NCBI GenBank assembly: GCA_963663385.2
Contig: CAXXXD010000003.1
Coordinates: 448,001-512,000, forward strand
Source: Oceanispirochaeta sp.
GTDB taxonomy: Bacteria > Spirochaetota > Spirochaetia > DSM-2461
Reading direction: 5' to 3'
DNA length: 64,000 nt
Made by a program: the position numbers and the translations under genes. Below, one piece after another: positions 28,172-37,315 of the stretch. The notes below the pieces were generated by a model. It did not search any database, was not told the origin of the DNA, and was given only the letters and a program-made list of their open reading frames with translations. The first letter of the stretch is position 1. Every line of letters begins with the position of its first letter.

Positions 28172-28533
28172 AGGATTTTGAGTTCCTCCAGGGTTTGCTG
28201 CAATAGATCCCTTTTAACCGGTTTATTGAGAAAGCCGTTGGCTCCGGACTGGAGGCAGCGATTTTTCGTGGTCTCCTGAATATCCGCCGAAATCATTACA
28301 ACCGCCGTGTCATATCCATTTTTCCGGATTTCTTTCAGAAGGTCCATTCCGTTCTGTCCGGGCATCAGTATATCCATCAGAATAAGGGAATATTCCTTTT
28401 GCTCAAGCTGTTCAAGAACTCTGCTGCCATCTGCCAGTTCATCAATCTGTGTAATTCCCAAAGAGTAAAGGTTCTTCCTTACACTCAGACGTCCAAGCTT
28501 TGTATCGTCAATTATCAGGATTAGAGGGTCCAT
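28168..28533 (-). CDS. Single-domain response regulator (CheY-like)
   Basis: IIDD, MDILMP, ISAD, FLNKP. Confidence 0.9.
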   Translation of the reverse strand: MDPLILIIDDTKLGRLSVRKNLYSLGITQIDELADGSRVLEQLEQKEYSLILMDILMPGQNGMDLLKEIRKNGYDTAVVMISADIQETTKNRCLQSGANGFLNKPVKRDLLQQTLEELKIL

Positions 28534-28660
28534 TTGATTCCTCCGGAATACATTATTAAATTCTTCCCATAATAAAAAGGTTAGTTCAAATGCTTCTAAA
28601 AAGCAAAGCTGATGAGGAATTATAATTTGTTGAAACAGGCTGACCTGTGGTTCTGATCTT

Positions 28661-29761
28661 TTATTTTCGGGCCATAAAAATCCGGTAATGCTTGTTCTGA
28701 GCTATAATTATGACTCCCTCAAATACCTTCTCCAGTTCCTTCAGATAACCCAGGTGGCGGTTGGCTACCAGAAAAAGCTGTCCCCCATCCTTCAATACGC
28801 GGGCTGACTCCCTGATAAAACGGAGCCCAGTCTCAATGGATACTTTCTGCTGCTGATGAAAGGGCGGATTGCATATCACCAGGTCGGCGGAAGCCGAATC
28901 AATTCCAGTCAGTATATCTGTATGGATGACTTTGATCCTGTCACTGAATCCATTGGCTTTAGCCGATAACCTGGTGCTTTCCACAGCCAGAATCGAATCA
29001 TCCGTAGCCGTTATTTGTGCATCCGGCCATTTTCCGGCTGCAGCCAGAGAAAGGGTCCCGGCTCCGCAGCCGGGATCAATAATTGTACGGGGGGCCTCTA
29101 CCCGGGGAAAGTGATCCAGCAGAAACTGTGTGCCCGGATCAATCCGGCTGCCGGAAAAAACACCCGGGATGACCGTAATGTTCAAACCTTTCCATTTCTG
29201 GGGCTGGGCGGCTTTATCAATCTCCCCGGATGGGGGCAGGCTCTTTCCTGTATAAAATCTGGCTTTTTTCCAGATCCGGGAATAGGATGCATCTGAACAC
29301 CCGGATTTGAAGCATTCAAAAAAGGAGGGGGGCAGATTCCGGGAGTGGGAAGCTGCCAGAATAACTGTTCCCGGAGGAATCCTGGATTGAATACTCTTTA
29401 ACAGGTTCTCAAACTGTCCAAGGGATTTTGGTATTTTCATCAATACAAGATCTGTTTCCAGAGATGATGTTTCTATTGAATTGGTAAAGGACGAGAGGGG
29501 AAGATCATTTTCTTTCTGATTATCCTCAATACTGACTCTGCTGCAACAGGAGTCAACCCACAAAGCTGTGACTTTATCTTTCAGGGCACAGGCCAGAGCG
29601 CCGTAGCTGTCATTTATTATCAGAATTCTTGAGGCTTCCGGATAATCCGCTGATTGCTGCAGCAGGTATTCGTCTGCAGCATCCCAGGGCCGCAGGGAGT
29701 TGTCCCGGGTGTCTATGTTCAGTTTCCGTTCGCCGAAAGGGGATTGCCATATATATTTCAT
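28661..29761 (-). CDS. rlmG: rRNA m2G methyltransferase, RlmG-like
   Basis: LRPWDAADEYLL, INDSYGAL, PGVFSGSRIDPGT, DPGCGAG, CNPPFHQ. Confidence 0.8.
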   Translation of the reverse strand: MKYIWQSPFGERKLNIDTRDNSLRPWDAADEYLLQQSADYPEASRILIINDSYGALACALKDKVTALWVDSCCSRVSIEDNQKENDLPLSSFTNSIETSSLETDLVLMKIPKSLGQFENLLKSIQSRIPPGTVILAASHSRNLPPSFFECFKSGCSDASYSRIWKKARFYTGKSLPPSGEIDKAAQPQKWKGLNITVIPGVFSGSRIDPGTQFLLDHFPRVEAPRTIIDPGCGAGTLSLAAAGKWPDAQITATDDSILAVESTRLSAKANGFSDRIKVIHTDILTGIDSASADLVICNPPFHQQQKVSIETGLRFIRESARVLKDGGQLFLVANRHLGYLKELEKVFEGVIIIAQNKHYRIFMARK

Positions 29762-29839
29762 AACTTATTATAGACGGTTATTCTTTCAGGTTCTATGGAA
29801 TTCCGCCGTCTTTGGTGTTATGATCCTGCATGAGGATTT

Positions 29840-31369
29840 ATGTATAAGCTGAAAATTCCAATCGACAACGTATCCCTCCGTGCCTTTCTCTATCTGTCTG
29901 ATCTGCGCAACCTGAAAAAGGAATTGAGTAATACGACCATATGCGATTACATCCTGGAAACTTTCAGGGACACATTTACACCCCGCTACAAGGATATGAA
30001 ATCTTTCCGTTCCGGTTATGCGGGGAACCTGGCTCTTATTTTTGATTCGGATGAAGCCCTTTCGGGTAATATGAATAAATTCTCAAAAGTGCTGGATCCT
30101 GTCCTGAAAAATACACTGCTGAATTTAAAAACAGTCCGGATCCGTTTTGATGCGGACTACTGCTATATCTCCCGCATCCCGTATGAAGAGGATTTTCAGC
30201 TGCTTTCTGTTTTTTTCAATCTTAAGCCTGTCAATGCCATGATAAACAGGAAGGTGAATCTTCAGGATGCCGAAAAGGGCTGGCTGGCAGAAATATGCCG
30301 GAAATTCAGCCTGGTGCTGGAAGAACTTCCCCCCCATCCGGCTCTGGAAACAGGCCGGGGACAAACTGGATCACAGGCTATACTCAACCGTTATACCATC
30401 TATAACCGGGGAAATATCTGGTTTGATGTGTTGAAACCCAACTATTATAACTTCAAGAATCTTCGTTATAAACTGTATCTCCGGAGTCTTCTGATTGAGC
30501 AGGATAACCTTTTTTACTGTATCCTGAGGAACAGGGCGTTTGATTTTGATTATAAGACCGTTTTCAACACGGGAATCCTTCTGGATGATGACAGACCTGT
30601 ATTAAAAAATGGCGCTATAAACAGCCTGCTGGAGATGGAGGATATTATTCTTATTAACAAGGATAAGCTTAAGCCTCTTATTCTGGATCATGTGGAAACA
30701 CCCCTGAACTATCAGTATATGTTTACCCTGCTGGATAATTTCCTAGTTTTTCAGGATGGCACAATGATTGATATTTCCGATATCGCCGTTAAGGAGGCTT
30801 CCGAATTTCTGGACCTGGCCAATTTCAATCCCAATCTGACCTTTCACACCCAAACGGAAGAAGCCGTGAAAAAGCAGCTTTCCAGCCGGGTAAAAAGGGA
30901 TGTTGACTTTAAACTGCGGCGTATAAGCCATGGCGGAGAAGAAAGCCATACGGTAATGAAATTCATAGAGAAGAGCAACAAGGGGACCCTTCAGGTGCGT
31001 GACTATAAAAGAACCTCCGAAGGGTTTATTGAGTATGGAGCAGAGAAAACCTGTCTGATTGTTTTTAACGGTACAAAATATCCGGATTTTCTCTGTATCT
31101 TCCTGGAGGATGCAGAGAAAGTTGAAAAGAGGGGGGGGCGGTCCTTTTTCGAGTACACCTCTTTTATCCTTTCAGAAAGTCCCCGGTTCAGGCACCTTTT
31201 CTTTGAGGTGGAGGCGGAGTATAATCAGTCCTCCTTCAAGTCCCATGATACTTCCGTTGAGAGTCTGATGAAGTGCAAGTATATATTCTGTGAAAATAAA
31301 ACATCCGATCTGTATCAGTCCCGGTTCAAGGTAGCCATTCCCGTAATCGGTATAAGGGAGATAGCATGA
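29840..31369 (+). CDS. Hypothetical 509-aa protein, possibly a degenerate NAD+-dependent DNA ligase-like scaffold with C-terminal BRCT-like region
   Basis: Long ORF with GAGGA SD and ATGA coupling to the MTase; weak colinear LigA-like motifs seen by eye (CDS certain, function tentative). Confidence 0.6.
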   Translation: MYKLKIPIDNVSLRAFLYLSDLRNLKKELSNTTICDYILETFRDTFTPRYKDMKSFRSGYAGNLALIFDSDEALSGNMNKFSKVLDPVLKNTLLNLKTVRIRFDADYCYISRIPYEEDFQLLSVFFNLKPVNAMINRKVNLQDAEKGWLAEICRKFSLVLEELPPHPALETGRGQTGSQAILNRYTIYNRGNIWFDVLKPNYYNFKNLRYKLYLRSLLIEQDNLFYCILRNRAFDFDYKTVFNTGILLDDDRPVLKNGAINSLLEMEDIILINKDKLKPLILDHVETPLNYQYMFTLLDNFLVFQDGTMIDISDIAVKEASEFLDLANFNPNLTFHTQTEEAVKKQLSSRVKRDVDFKLRRISHGGEESHTVMKFIEKSNKGTLQVRDYKRTSEGFIEYGAEKTCLIVFNGTKYPDFLCIFLEDAEKVEKRGGRSFFEYTSFILSESPRFRHLFFEVEAEYNQSSFKSHDTSVESLMKCKYIFCENKTSDLYQSRFKVAIPVIGIREIA

Positions 31370-33042
31370 GTCCTGATGATCCTTATCTTAGCCGTCAGAT
31401 TATCGCTTACATCGGGAATAAGAGAAAACTGCTGAACCTGATTGCCAGAGCCATAGACTCTCTCGGCCTGAAAAAAAAGGACGGTCTGGTATTTCTGGAT
31501 GTATTTGCCGGAAGCGGTGTAGTCTCCCGTCTGGCAAAATATCTGAATATGGAAGTCCACTCCAACGACTGGGAGTATTACTCCTATATTCTCAACAGGG
31601 GATTTATCCTGAATAACCGTTCCGACATTACCCGCCTTTTCGGCAGCGAAGAGGCCTTTGGTGCAGAGTTGGATAGACTGAATTCCCTGCCGGATCCGCG
31701 CGAAGCGGATACATATATTGCCCGATATTATTCTCCTGCTACTTTTGATCTGCAGGATGTGGATTATAAAACCCAGCGTCTGTTCTACACGCGTCACAAT
31801 GCCCTGGTTATTGATAAAATCCGGAATGAAATAGACAGACTCTACCCGGCAGGTTCCGGGATACCCGAACAGGAACAGAAGCGGGATCTCCTGATAAGTC
31901 TTCTTATATATGAAGCTGCTACCCATACCAATACATCCGGTGTTTTCAAAGCCTTCCATAAGGGGTTCGGCGGTCATAGCCGTGATGCCTTAACCCGTAT
32001 TCTGGCTCCCATCCGTCTTAATAAGCCTGAATTAATAAATTCCGATTTTCCCGTACATATTCACCGGGAGGATGCCAACGATCTTGTAAAAAACGTAAAG
32101 GGAGTGGATATCGCTTACCTGGACCCTCCCTATAACCAGCATCAGTACGGCAGTAATTATCATATGCTTAACACCATTGCCCGCTGGGATAAAATTGCCG
32201 CCCCCCTTGATCTGAACTCCAAAGGGGAGCTGAAGGAAAAAGCGGCGATCCGGAAAGACTGGGTGGATACCCGGTCCAGTTACTGCTACAGGAACTCGGC
32301 GGCTTCATCCTTTGCCGATCTGCTCCAGAACCTGGATGCCAGGTATATTCTTATCAGTTACAGTACGGACGGTATCATCCCCTTTGAAGAGATGAAAGAG
32401 ATCTGCCGCCGGAAGGGTCGACTTAAGATTGTAACGAATGAATACACCAAATACCGGGGCGGAAAGCAGAGCAACTCCCGCCTGAATACGAATATCGAGT
32501 TTATCCTGATTGTGGATACTACGGCAAAACCGACGACAGCTTCCATGCGGAAGGTGGATACGGTTATTGAACATAACAGGCTGCGTCTGCTCTTTAAAAA
32601 CAGTTTTTCCGAAGCGAAACTGAGGGAACATGCCCTGACAATCAGCGGCGGTAAAGTGGTTTTCAAGATAATAGACAGGGAAATGGAGATTGATACAAGG
32701 GATTATTTTGAACTTACCCCCCCGTCCGGTATGGAGAATCTGAATCTGGAAGAGGCTTATATGCTGGGGATGAAACTGAAAGGTTCCATGTGTATGACCA
32801 AGGAAGAGGAGCTGGATGAGATACTGGACAAGATCGACGGGGATACGGACAGAAACCTCTATTTTATCCGTCTTATACCGGACCGTCTTAAAAAACTGGC
32901 CCATAAAAAGAACAGAAACAGGTTCTACCACTACCTGGAAGCGATCCGTCGGATAGAATCGGAACATGAAGAACTTTATTCGCTGATAAAAAAAAGGATA
33001 GACAGTATTGAATCTCTGGCAGAAAAGCGGTTCAGTAATTGA
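31366..33042 (+). CDS. N6-adenine DNA methyltransferase (D12/alpha class) with C-terminal extension
   Basis: YIGNKRKL, FLDVFAGSGVVS (motif I), SND, IAYLDPPY (motif IV), QYGSNYHMLNTI, ISYS. Confidence 0.92.
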   Translation: MSPDDPYLSRQIIAYIGNKRKLLNLIARAIDSLGLKKKDGLVFLDVFAGSGVVSRLAKYLNMEVHSNDWEYYSYILNRGFILNNRSDITRLFGSEEAFGAELDRLNSLPDPREADTYIARYYSPATFDLQDVDYKTQRLFYTRHNALVIDKIRNEIDRLYPAGSGIPEQEQKRDLLISLLIYEAATHTNTSGVFKAFHKGFGGHSRDALTRILAPIRLNKPELINSDFPVHIHREDANDLVKNVKGVDIAYLDPPYNQHQYGSNYHMLNTIARWDKIAAPLDLNSKGELKEKAAIRKDWVDTRSSYCYRNSAASSFADLLQNLDARYILISYSTDGIIPFEEMKEICRRKGRLKIVTNEYTKYRGGKQSNSRLNTNIEFILIVDTTAKPTTASMRKVDTVIEHNRLRLLFKNSFSEAKLREHALTISGGKVVFKIIDREMEIDTRDYFELTPPSGMENLNLEEAYMLGMKLKGSMCMTKEEELDEILDKIDGDTDRNLYFIRLIPDRLKKLAHKKNRNRFYHYLEAIRRIESEHEELYSLIKKRIDSIESLAEKRFSN

Positions 33043-33052
33043 GGGGGGGGAC

Positions 33053-33853
33053 GTGAGAACTTCAGCAATGCAGATCAGTATAATCCGGGATCTGCCTTTC
33101 CTGCTCCGGGAGGGGTGGGAGAAAATACGGCGGCATGACCGCTTCCTGTTAATTCTATGGGCTGTATTCTATATACCCACCAATTTTTTTACCTACTTCC
33201 GCCTGGAACCCTATCTGGAACAGGCTGATATTCTGAATTTCCGGGGGGATGTCGCCTTTGCCATGCTGCTACTCAATATCCTGGGATATATTCCTATGAT
33301 TGCCATTGCCCTTCTTATGCGGGAGGAGAGTGACGAATATGACGGTCTGGTAATGGATGCTTTCCGGCATCTGCCATTTTTTATTACAACATCACTGGCC
33401 ATGGCTGTGCGTATAGTTCTGCCCGTGCTGGGGCTGTTCCTGCCCGCTGTCTTTCTGATTGTATCTCTGGCTGCCGCGGGTTTTACCTATGCCGTTTTAC
33501 AGTGGATTCTTATTCCGTATTTTATTTTCCTTTTCTGCTGGACATTTATGAGGTACTATTCATCGACAATGTTTTATCTGATGAAGGGAATCCGGAATTT
33601 TAAAGCCGCCCGCTACAGCGCCGCTCTGTTTTCTTCCAACAGAAAGCTGATGATCCGGTTGCTGGGCATTTTTATCGTGATACCCCTGTTGATTAACTAT
33701 TCGGCTGTTTTTCTTGTGGAGGACAGCCTGGTTTATATGATTGTCAGTATGATTGTGGGAGTCTACATATATATAGCCAACGGCATATATGCCAATGTCT
33801 TTCACTATCTGGACTGGGATGATAATGAGGAGAGCAGCGTTGAAAATAAATGA
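33053..33853 (+). CDS. Multi-pass membrane protein of unknown function
   Basis: About 6 hydrophobic segments; GTG 33053 after a G-rich SD. Confidence 0.75.
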   Translation: MRTSAMQISIIRDLPFLLREGWEKIRRHDRFLLILWAVFYIPTNFFTYFRLEPYLEQADILNFRGDVAFAMLLLNILGYIPMIAIALLMREESDEYDGLVMDAFRHLPFFITTSLAMAVRIVLPVLGLFLPAVFLIVSLAAAGFTYAVLQWILIPYFIFLFCWTFMRYYSSTMFYLMKGIRNFKAARYSAALFSSNRKLMIRLLGIFIVIPLLINYSAVFLVEDSLVYMIVSMIVGVYIYIANGIYANVFHYLDWDDNEESSVENK

Positions 33854-34007
33854 ACAGTCTGCCTTTGGTTCCTGTCTTGTCTGACGGCAGGCAGTATTCT
33901 GGGAAATCGGCAGGAGAACACGGAACTCTGCTGAAATCCACGGGATTCCTGCTGAAATGTGGAATCTTTTGAATTCCGGATTTATACTAAAATAACAGGT
34001 GTATGAA

Positions 34008-35009
34008 ATGTATACTCGAAAAAAAGAAAAATGGATTCCTGTACGGAAATCCAATCTGAAATATTATGATGATCTGAGTTTATACTATCTGAATAAAACA
34101 TCAGGGAACGTGATGCTTTATAAATCGGCGGGTATGAAAATTTCCGATTCCCGCTTGAAGGATAAACCCTATACGGGAGATTTATATATACGTCCGGAAG
34201 ACAAGAAAACCTGTCTGCGAGCGGCTCAGAAGGGTTTCAGTGTTGATCTGACTCACAAGATTATGAAAGAGGGCGTGGGAGAAGTAAAGGCCGGTTTAAT
34301 CAATCTGATTGATGAAACCCTGAACGAACCAAGAGCCGGCGGTCTGGAGGTTGTCCCTGAAACAATGGAGGCCATTGTGGACGGTTACTCCCGGCAGCCG
34401 GAGATAATTAAAAACCTGGCAAAAATATCCCACAGCGATTATACAACAACCATTCATTCCATCAATGTAATGGCACTGACTGTCGGGTACTGCTTCTACA
34501 AGAATATGAGTTTTAATACGACCGTACAATACGGACTGGCGGCTCTTTTTCATGATATCGGCAAGACCGAGATCCCCATTGATATACTGGCGGCTCCCCG
34601 GAAACTGACGGACAGTGAATTTCATACCATGCAGAACCATACGGTACTGGGGGCAGAGATTCTGCAGCTTAACGGACCGGCCGTACATTCAGCAATTCCC
34701 GGAGCTATGGAGCATCATGAAAAAATTGACGGAACCGGATACCCCGGCAATAAAAGTCAAATTTCAGAGATCGGTCAGATACTGGGTATTATTGATTCCT
34801 ATGAAGCGATAACAAATGATGAACGTTTGTATAGATCCGCCATGGAACCTCTTGATGCTCTGGCCCTTTTAAAAGAGGAAGTTGATAAAAAGAGATTAAA
34901 CAAACAGATCTTTGTGGATTTTGCCTATAGTCTGACAAATTTCTCAAAAAACGGGAGTCGAAGTCGTTATAAAGAGGTTTTTAACGGCTGGAATCTGGCC
35001 GAAGTCTGA
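34008..35009 (+). CDS. HD-GYP cyclic-dinucleotide phosphodiesterase
   Basis: HSINV, FHDIGK, HHEKIDGTGYP, DSYEAITNDER. Confidence 0.92.
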   Translation: MYTRKKEKWIPVRKSNLKYYDDLSLYYLNKTSGNVMLYKSAGMKISDSRLKDKPYTGDLYIRPEDKKTCLRAAQKGFSVDLTHKIMKEGVGEVKAGLINLIDETLNEPRAGGLEVVPETMEAIVDGYSRQPEIIKNLAKISHSDYTTTIHSINVMALTVGYCFYKNMSFNTTVQYGLAALFHDIGKTEIPIDILAAPRKLTDSEFHTMQNHTVLGAEILQLNGPAVHSAIPGAMEHHEKIDGTGYPGNKSQISEIGQILGIIDSYEAITNDERLYRSAMEPLDALALLKEEVDKKRLNKQIFVDFAYSLTNFSKNGSRSRYKEVFNGWNLAEV

Positions 35010-35085
35010 AATTATTACTTAAAAAGGCTTTCATTATGATTCAGGAAACTAATAATACTTGTATACAGAATATGAGGTAACACAA

Positions 35086-35823
35086 GTGGTTGATGAATAT
35101 TATATGTATCTTCACCGTGATATGCCCCGTCAGGGACCGGGATCTGCCAGATCTACAGGTATTGCGTCAGGTTTACTGCCCGGGGGGAACTACAAATCCA
35201 TTCTGGATATAGGCTGTGGTCCCGGAATGCAGACGATGGACCTGGCGGAGCTCTATCCGGAAAGCAGTATCACAGGGCTGGACTATTATGAAGTCTTTCT
35301 GAATCAGCTGGAAGAATCCTGCCGGCAGAGGTCAATAGAAAATGTAGTGACATGCAGGGGGTCCATGACGGAGCTTCCTTTTCAACCTGATACTTTCGAC
35401 CTGATATGGTCGGAGGGTGCTATTTATATTATGGGGTTTGAAGAGGGCCTTAAGGAGTGGAGGAGGTTTCTGAAAAAAGACGGGTGTATTGCTGTTACAG
35501 AACTGACCTGGCTGACGGTAAATCGTCCTGATGAACTCAGGAAGTACTGGTTTGATAACTATCCCGATATGAAGGATATAAGGGAAAACCTGGAGATTAT
35601 AGAAAAAACAGGTTACCGGATTCAGGGGATCTATGTGCTTCCCGCGGTGGATTGGACGGAGAGCTACTACAACCCGTTACTGGAGAATATGCAGAAGGAA
35701 GTCGGCCGGCCTCTTACAGAGAGTCAGATGAACTGCCTCGGATCGGAATACCTGGAAATGCAGATGCAGAAAGATTACCCTACCTGTTTCAGTTATGTTT
35801 TCTATGTAATGCAGAAAGCCTGA
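35086..35823 (+). CDS. Class I SAM-dependent methyltransferase
   Basis: PRQGPGS, LDIGCGPG, FDLIWSEGAIY; GAGG SD before GTG 35086. Confidence 0.9.
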   Translation: MVDEYYMYLHRDMPRQGPGSARSTGIASGLLPGGNYKSILDIGCGPGMQTMDLAELYPESSITGLDYYEVFLNQLEESCRQRSIENVVTCRGSMTELPFQPDTFDLIWSEGAIYIMGFEEGLKEWRRFLKKDGCIAVTELTWLTVNRPDELRKYWFDNYPDMKDIRENLEIIEKTGYRIQGIYVLPAVDWTESYYNPLLENMQKEVGRPLTESQMNCLGSEYLEMQMQKDYPTCFSYVFYVMQKA

Positions 35824-35843
35824 GTTAAAAGGGGTCTGATGCC

Positions 35844-36671
35844 ATGTTTTATGAATTCCCCGGTGGAAAGTTATTTTATAAGGTGACCGGAAAAGGGACT
35901 CCTCTGCTGATTGTTCATGGTTTTGCTGTGGATCACAGTATGATGGAAGCTTTTCTGGAACCGGTCCTCGGCAGATCCGAATTGTGGAAGAGGGTGTATG
36001 TTGATCTGCCCGGTATGGGAAAGAGCGATTCCCTTCCGCTGGATAAATACGCAGATGATGCCTGTGCTCTGTTAAGCCGTTTCATGGAGGACACTTTTCC
36101 GGGCGAACCCTATGGTCTGGTGAGCCATTCCTTTGGAGGGTATATTACCCGCCATCTGATCTATTCTCACCCCGGGAGAATTATTGGGGCTTTCTTTGCC
36201 GCTCCGGTGATCTATCCCATGATAAATGAGAGGACCCTGCCCCCGCGGGAACAGCGGTTCAGGGACAAATCCCTTGAATCAAGGTATCCTGAAGACTATG
36301 AATCCTATTCCAGAACCGCAGTGATTGAATCAGAGTATGGAATAAAGATGTATCTTCAGTATATCAAGCCGGTTCTGGAGAGACAGAACCGGGCGAATCT
36401 GAAATTCTATCAGAAATCAGGGTACTCCTGTTCCGTAGATATTAATCGACTGAAAAAGCCCTTCCGAAGTCCCTGTGTGTTTTTAACGGGGCGTCAGGAT
36501 GAAATTGTTGGAACCGAAGACACTCTGGTTCTTCAAAAAGACTATCCCTGTGCCGATTTTATCCAGATGGACGATGCGGGGCATAATCTTTTTTTTGAAC
36601 AGAAAGACTTCTTTGAACAGATTCTGCAGCACTGGCTGAACAGAATGGCAGAACAGGCATCTAGAAAATAA
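35844..36671 (+). CDS. Alpha/beta hydrolase
   Basis: HGF, DLPGMGKS, SHSFGG nucleophile elbow, GRQD, AGHNL. Confidence 0.92.
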   Translation: MFYEFPGGKLFYKVTGKGTPLLIVHGFAVDHSMMEAFLEPVLGRSELWKRVYVDLPGMGKSDSLPLDKYADDACALLSRFMEDTFPGEPYGLVSHSFGGYITRHLIYSHPGRIIGAFFAAPVIYPMINERTLPPREQRFRDKSLESRYPEDYESYSRTAVIESEYGIKMYLQYIKPVLERQNRANLKFYQKSGYSCSVDINRLKKPFRSPCVFLTGRQDEIVGTEDTLVLQKDYPCADFIQMDDAGHNLFFEQKDFFEQILQHWLNRMAEQASRK

Positions 36672-36697
36672 TCAGGCAGTGCTTTTTCAGAGCAAAA

Positions 36698-36742
36698 AAG
36701 GACTGCTGCAAAAGTGATCTTTGTCTCTATTGCAGCAGTCCT
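36698..36742. terminator. Perfect 13-bp inverted repeat between convergent genes
   Basis: AGGACTGCTGCAA...TTGCAGCAGTCCT preceded by an A-run (U-tract on the minus strand, after hsp20). Confidence 0.7.
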
Positions 36743-36827
36743 ATTATCAATATCTATATATAAACGGATAATCCTCTGAAAGGATCTCCGCGACTGACCC
36801 AACCGCCTGCAAGGCAGGCGGCGAAAC

Positions 36828-37256
36828 TTATCCGTTAACCTTTATGGAAAGGGGGGCGGGTTTTTCCCTGCGGGGGAGTTCCAGGGTCAACAGACCGTTT
36901 TTCATTTCAGCCTGGATGCCGTCCTGTTTCAAATCCTCCGGCAGAACAAAACTTCTCTCGAAGGCAGTTTTTCTTTCCTCTTCTTTCCCCTCTTCATTCA
37001 GTCCCGCTTTGTGAAGTGCTTTGATGGTTAAAAGATTATCCTTTACCTGCAGATCCAGATCCTCAGCTCCAAAGCCGGGCAGTTCCACAGTCATGGTTAC
37101 AGCTTTTTCATCTTCCGATACGTTAACCTTGGGTTTACGCACTTCTTCTTCTCTTCTTCCTGCGGGCATGTCGAAAAAGGAATTGAACATTCTGTCCATC
37201 TCGTTCCAGGGATTTACCGCTACAGCGGGTTTTCTTCTTACTACAATATTTGTCAT
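36828..37256 (-). CDS. Hsp20/alpha-crystallin small heat-shock protein
   Basis: ELPGF, FERSFVLP, AEMKNGLLTLELP. Confidence 0.93.
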   Translation of the reverse strand: MTNIVVRRKPAVAVNPWNEMDRMFNSFFDMPAGRREEEVRKPKVNVSEDEKAVTMTVELPGFGAEDLDLQVKDNLLTIKALHKAGLNEEGKEEERKTAFERSFVLPEDLKQDGIQAEMKNGLLTLELPRREKPAPLSIKVNG

Positions 37257-37298
37257 ATCTGACCTCCAGATTTTATTTGCTTAATCTGCATTCTATAT

Positions 37299-37315
37299 TG
37301 CAATCCCTGTGCCAA
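37299..37315 (-). promoter_or_regulatory. Sigma54 (-24/-12) promoter of hsp20
   Basis: Minus strand TTGGCAC-AGGGA-TTGCA, exact consensus spacing, 42 bp upstream of the ATG. Confidence 0.8.

Noticed and set aside
29840..33042. Ordinary type II restriction-modification pair
   Set aside because: No nuclease motif, controller gene or mobility context is seen; not fully excluded because REases are very divergent
33854..34000. c-di-GMP riboswitch upstream of the HD-GYP gene (CTGCTGAAAT occurs twice)
   Set aside because: No class I or class II consensus recognisable by eye; an Infernal search would be needed to exclude it
35059..35068. TTGTATACAG as another GntR operator
   Set aside because: Single imperfect copy far from the island, upstream of an unrelated methyltransferase
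36803..36821. CCGCCTGC-AAG-GCAGGCGG hairpin as a REP family member
   Set aside because: Single copy in the window; adequately explained as a 3' stem-loop of hsp20
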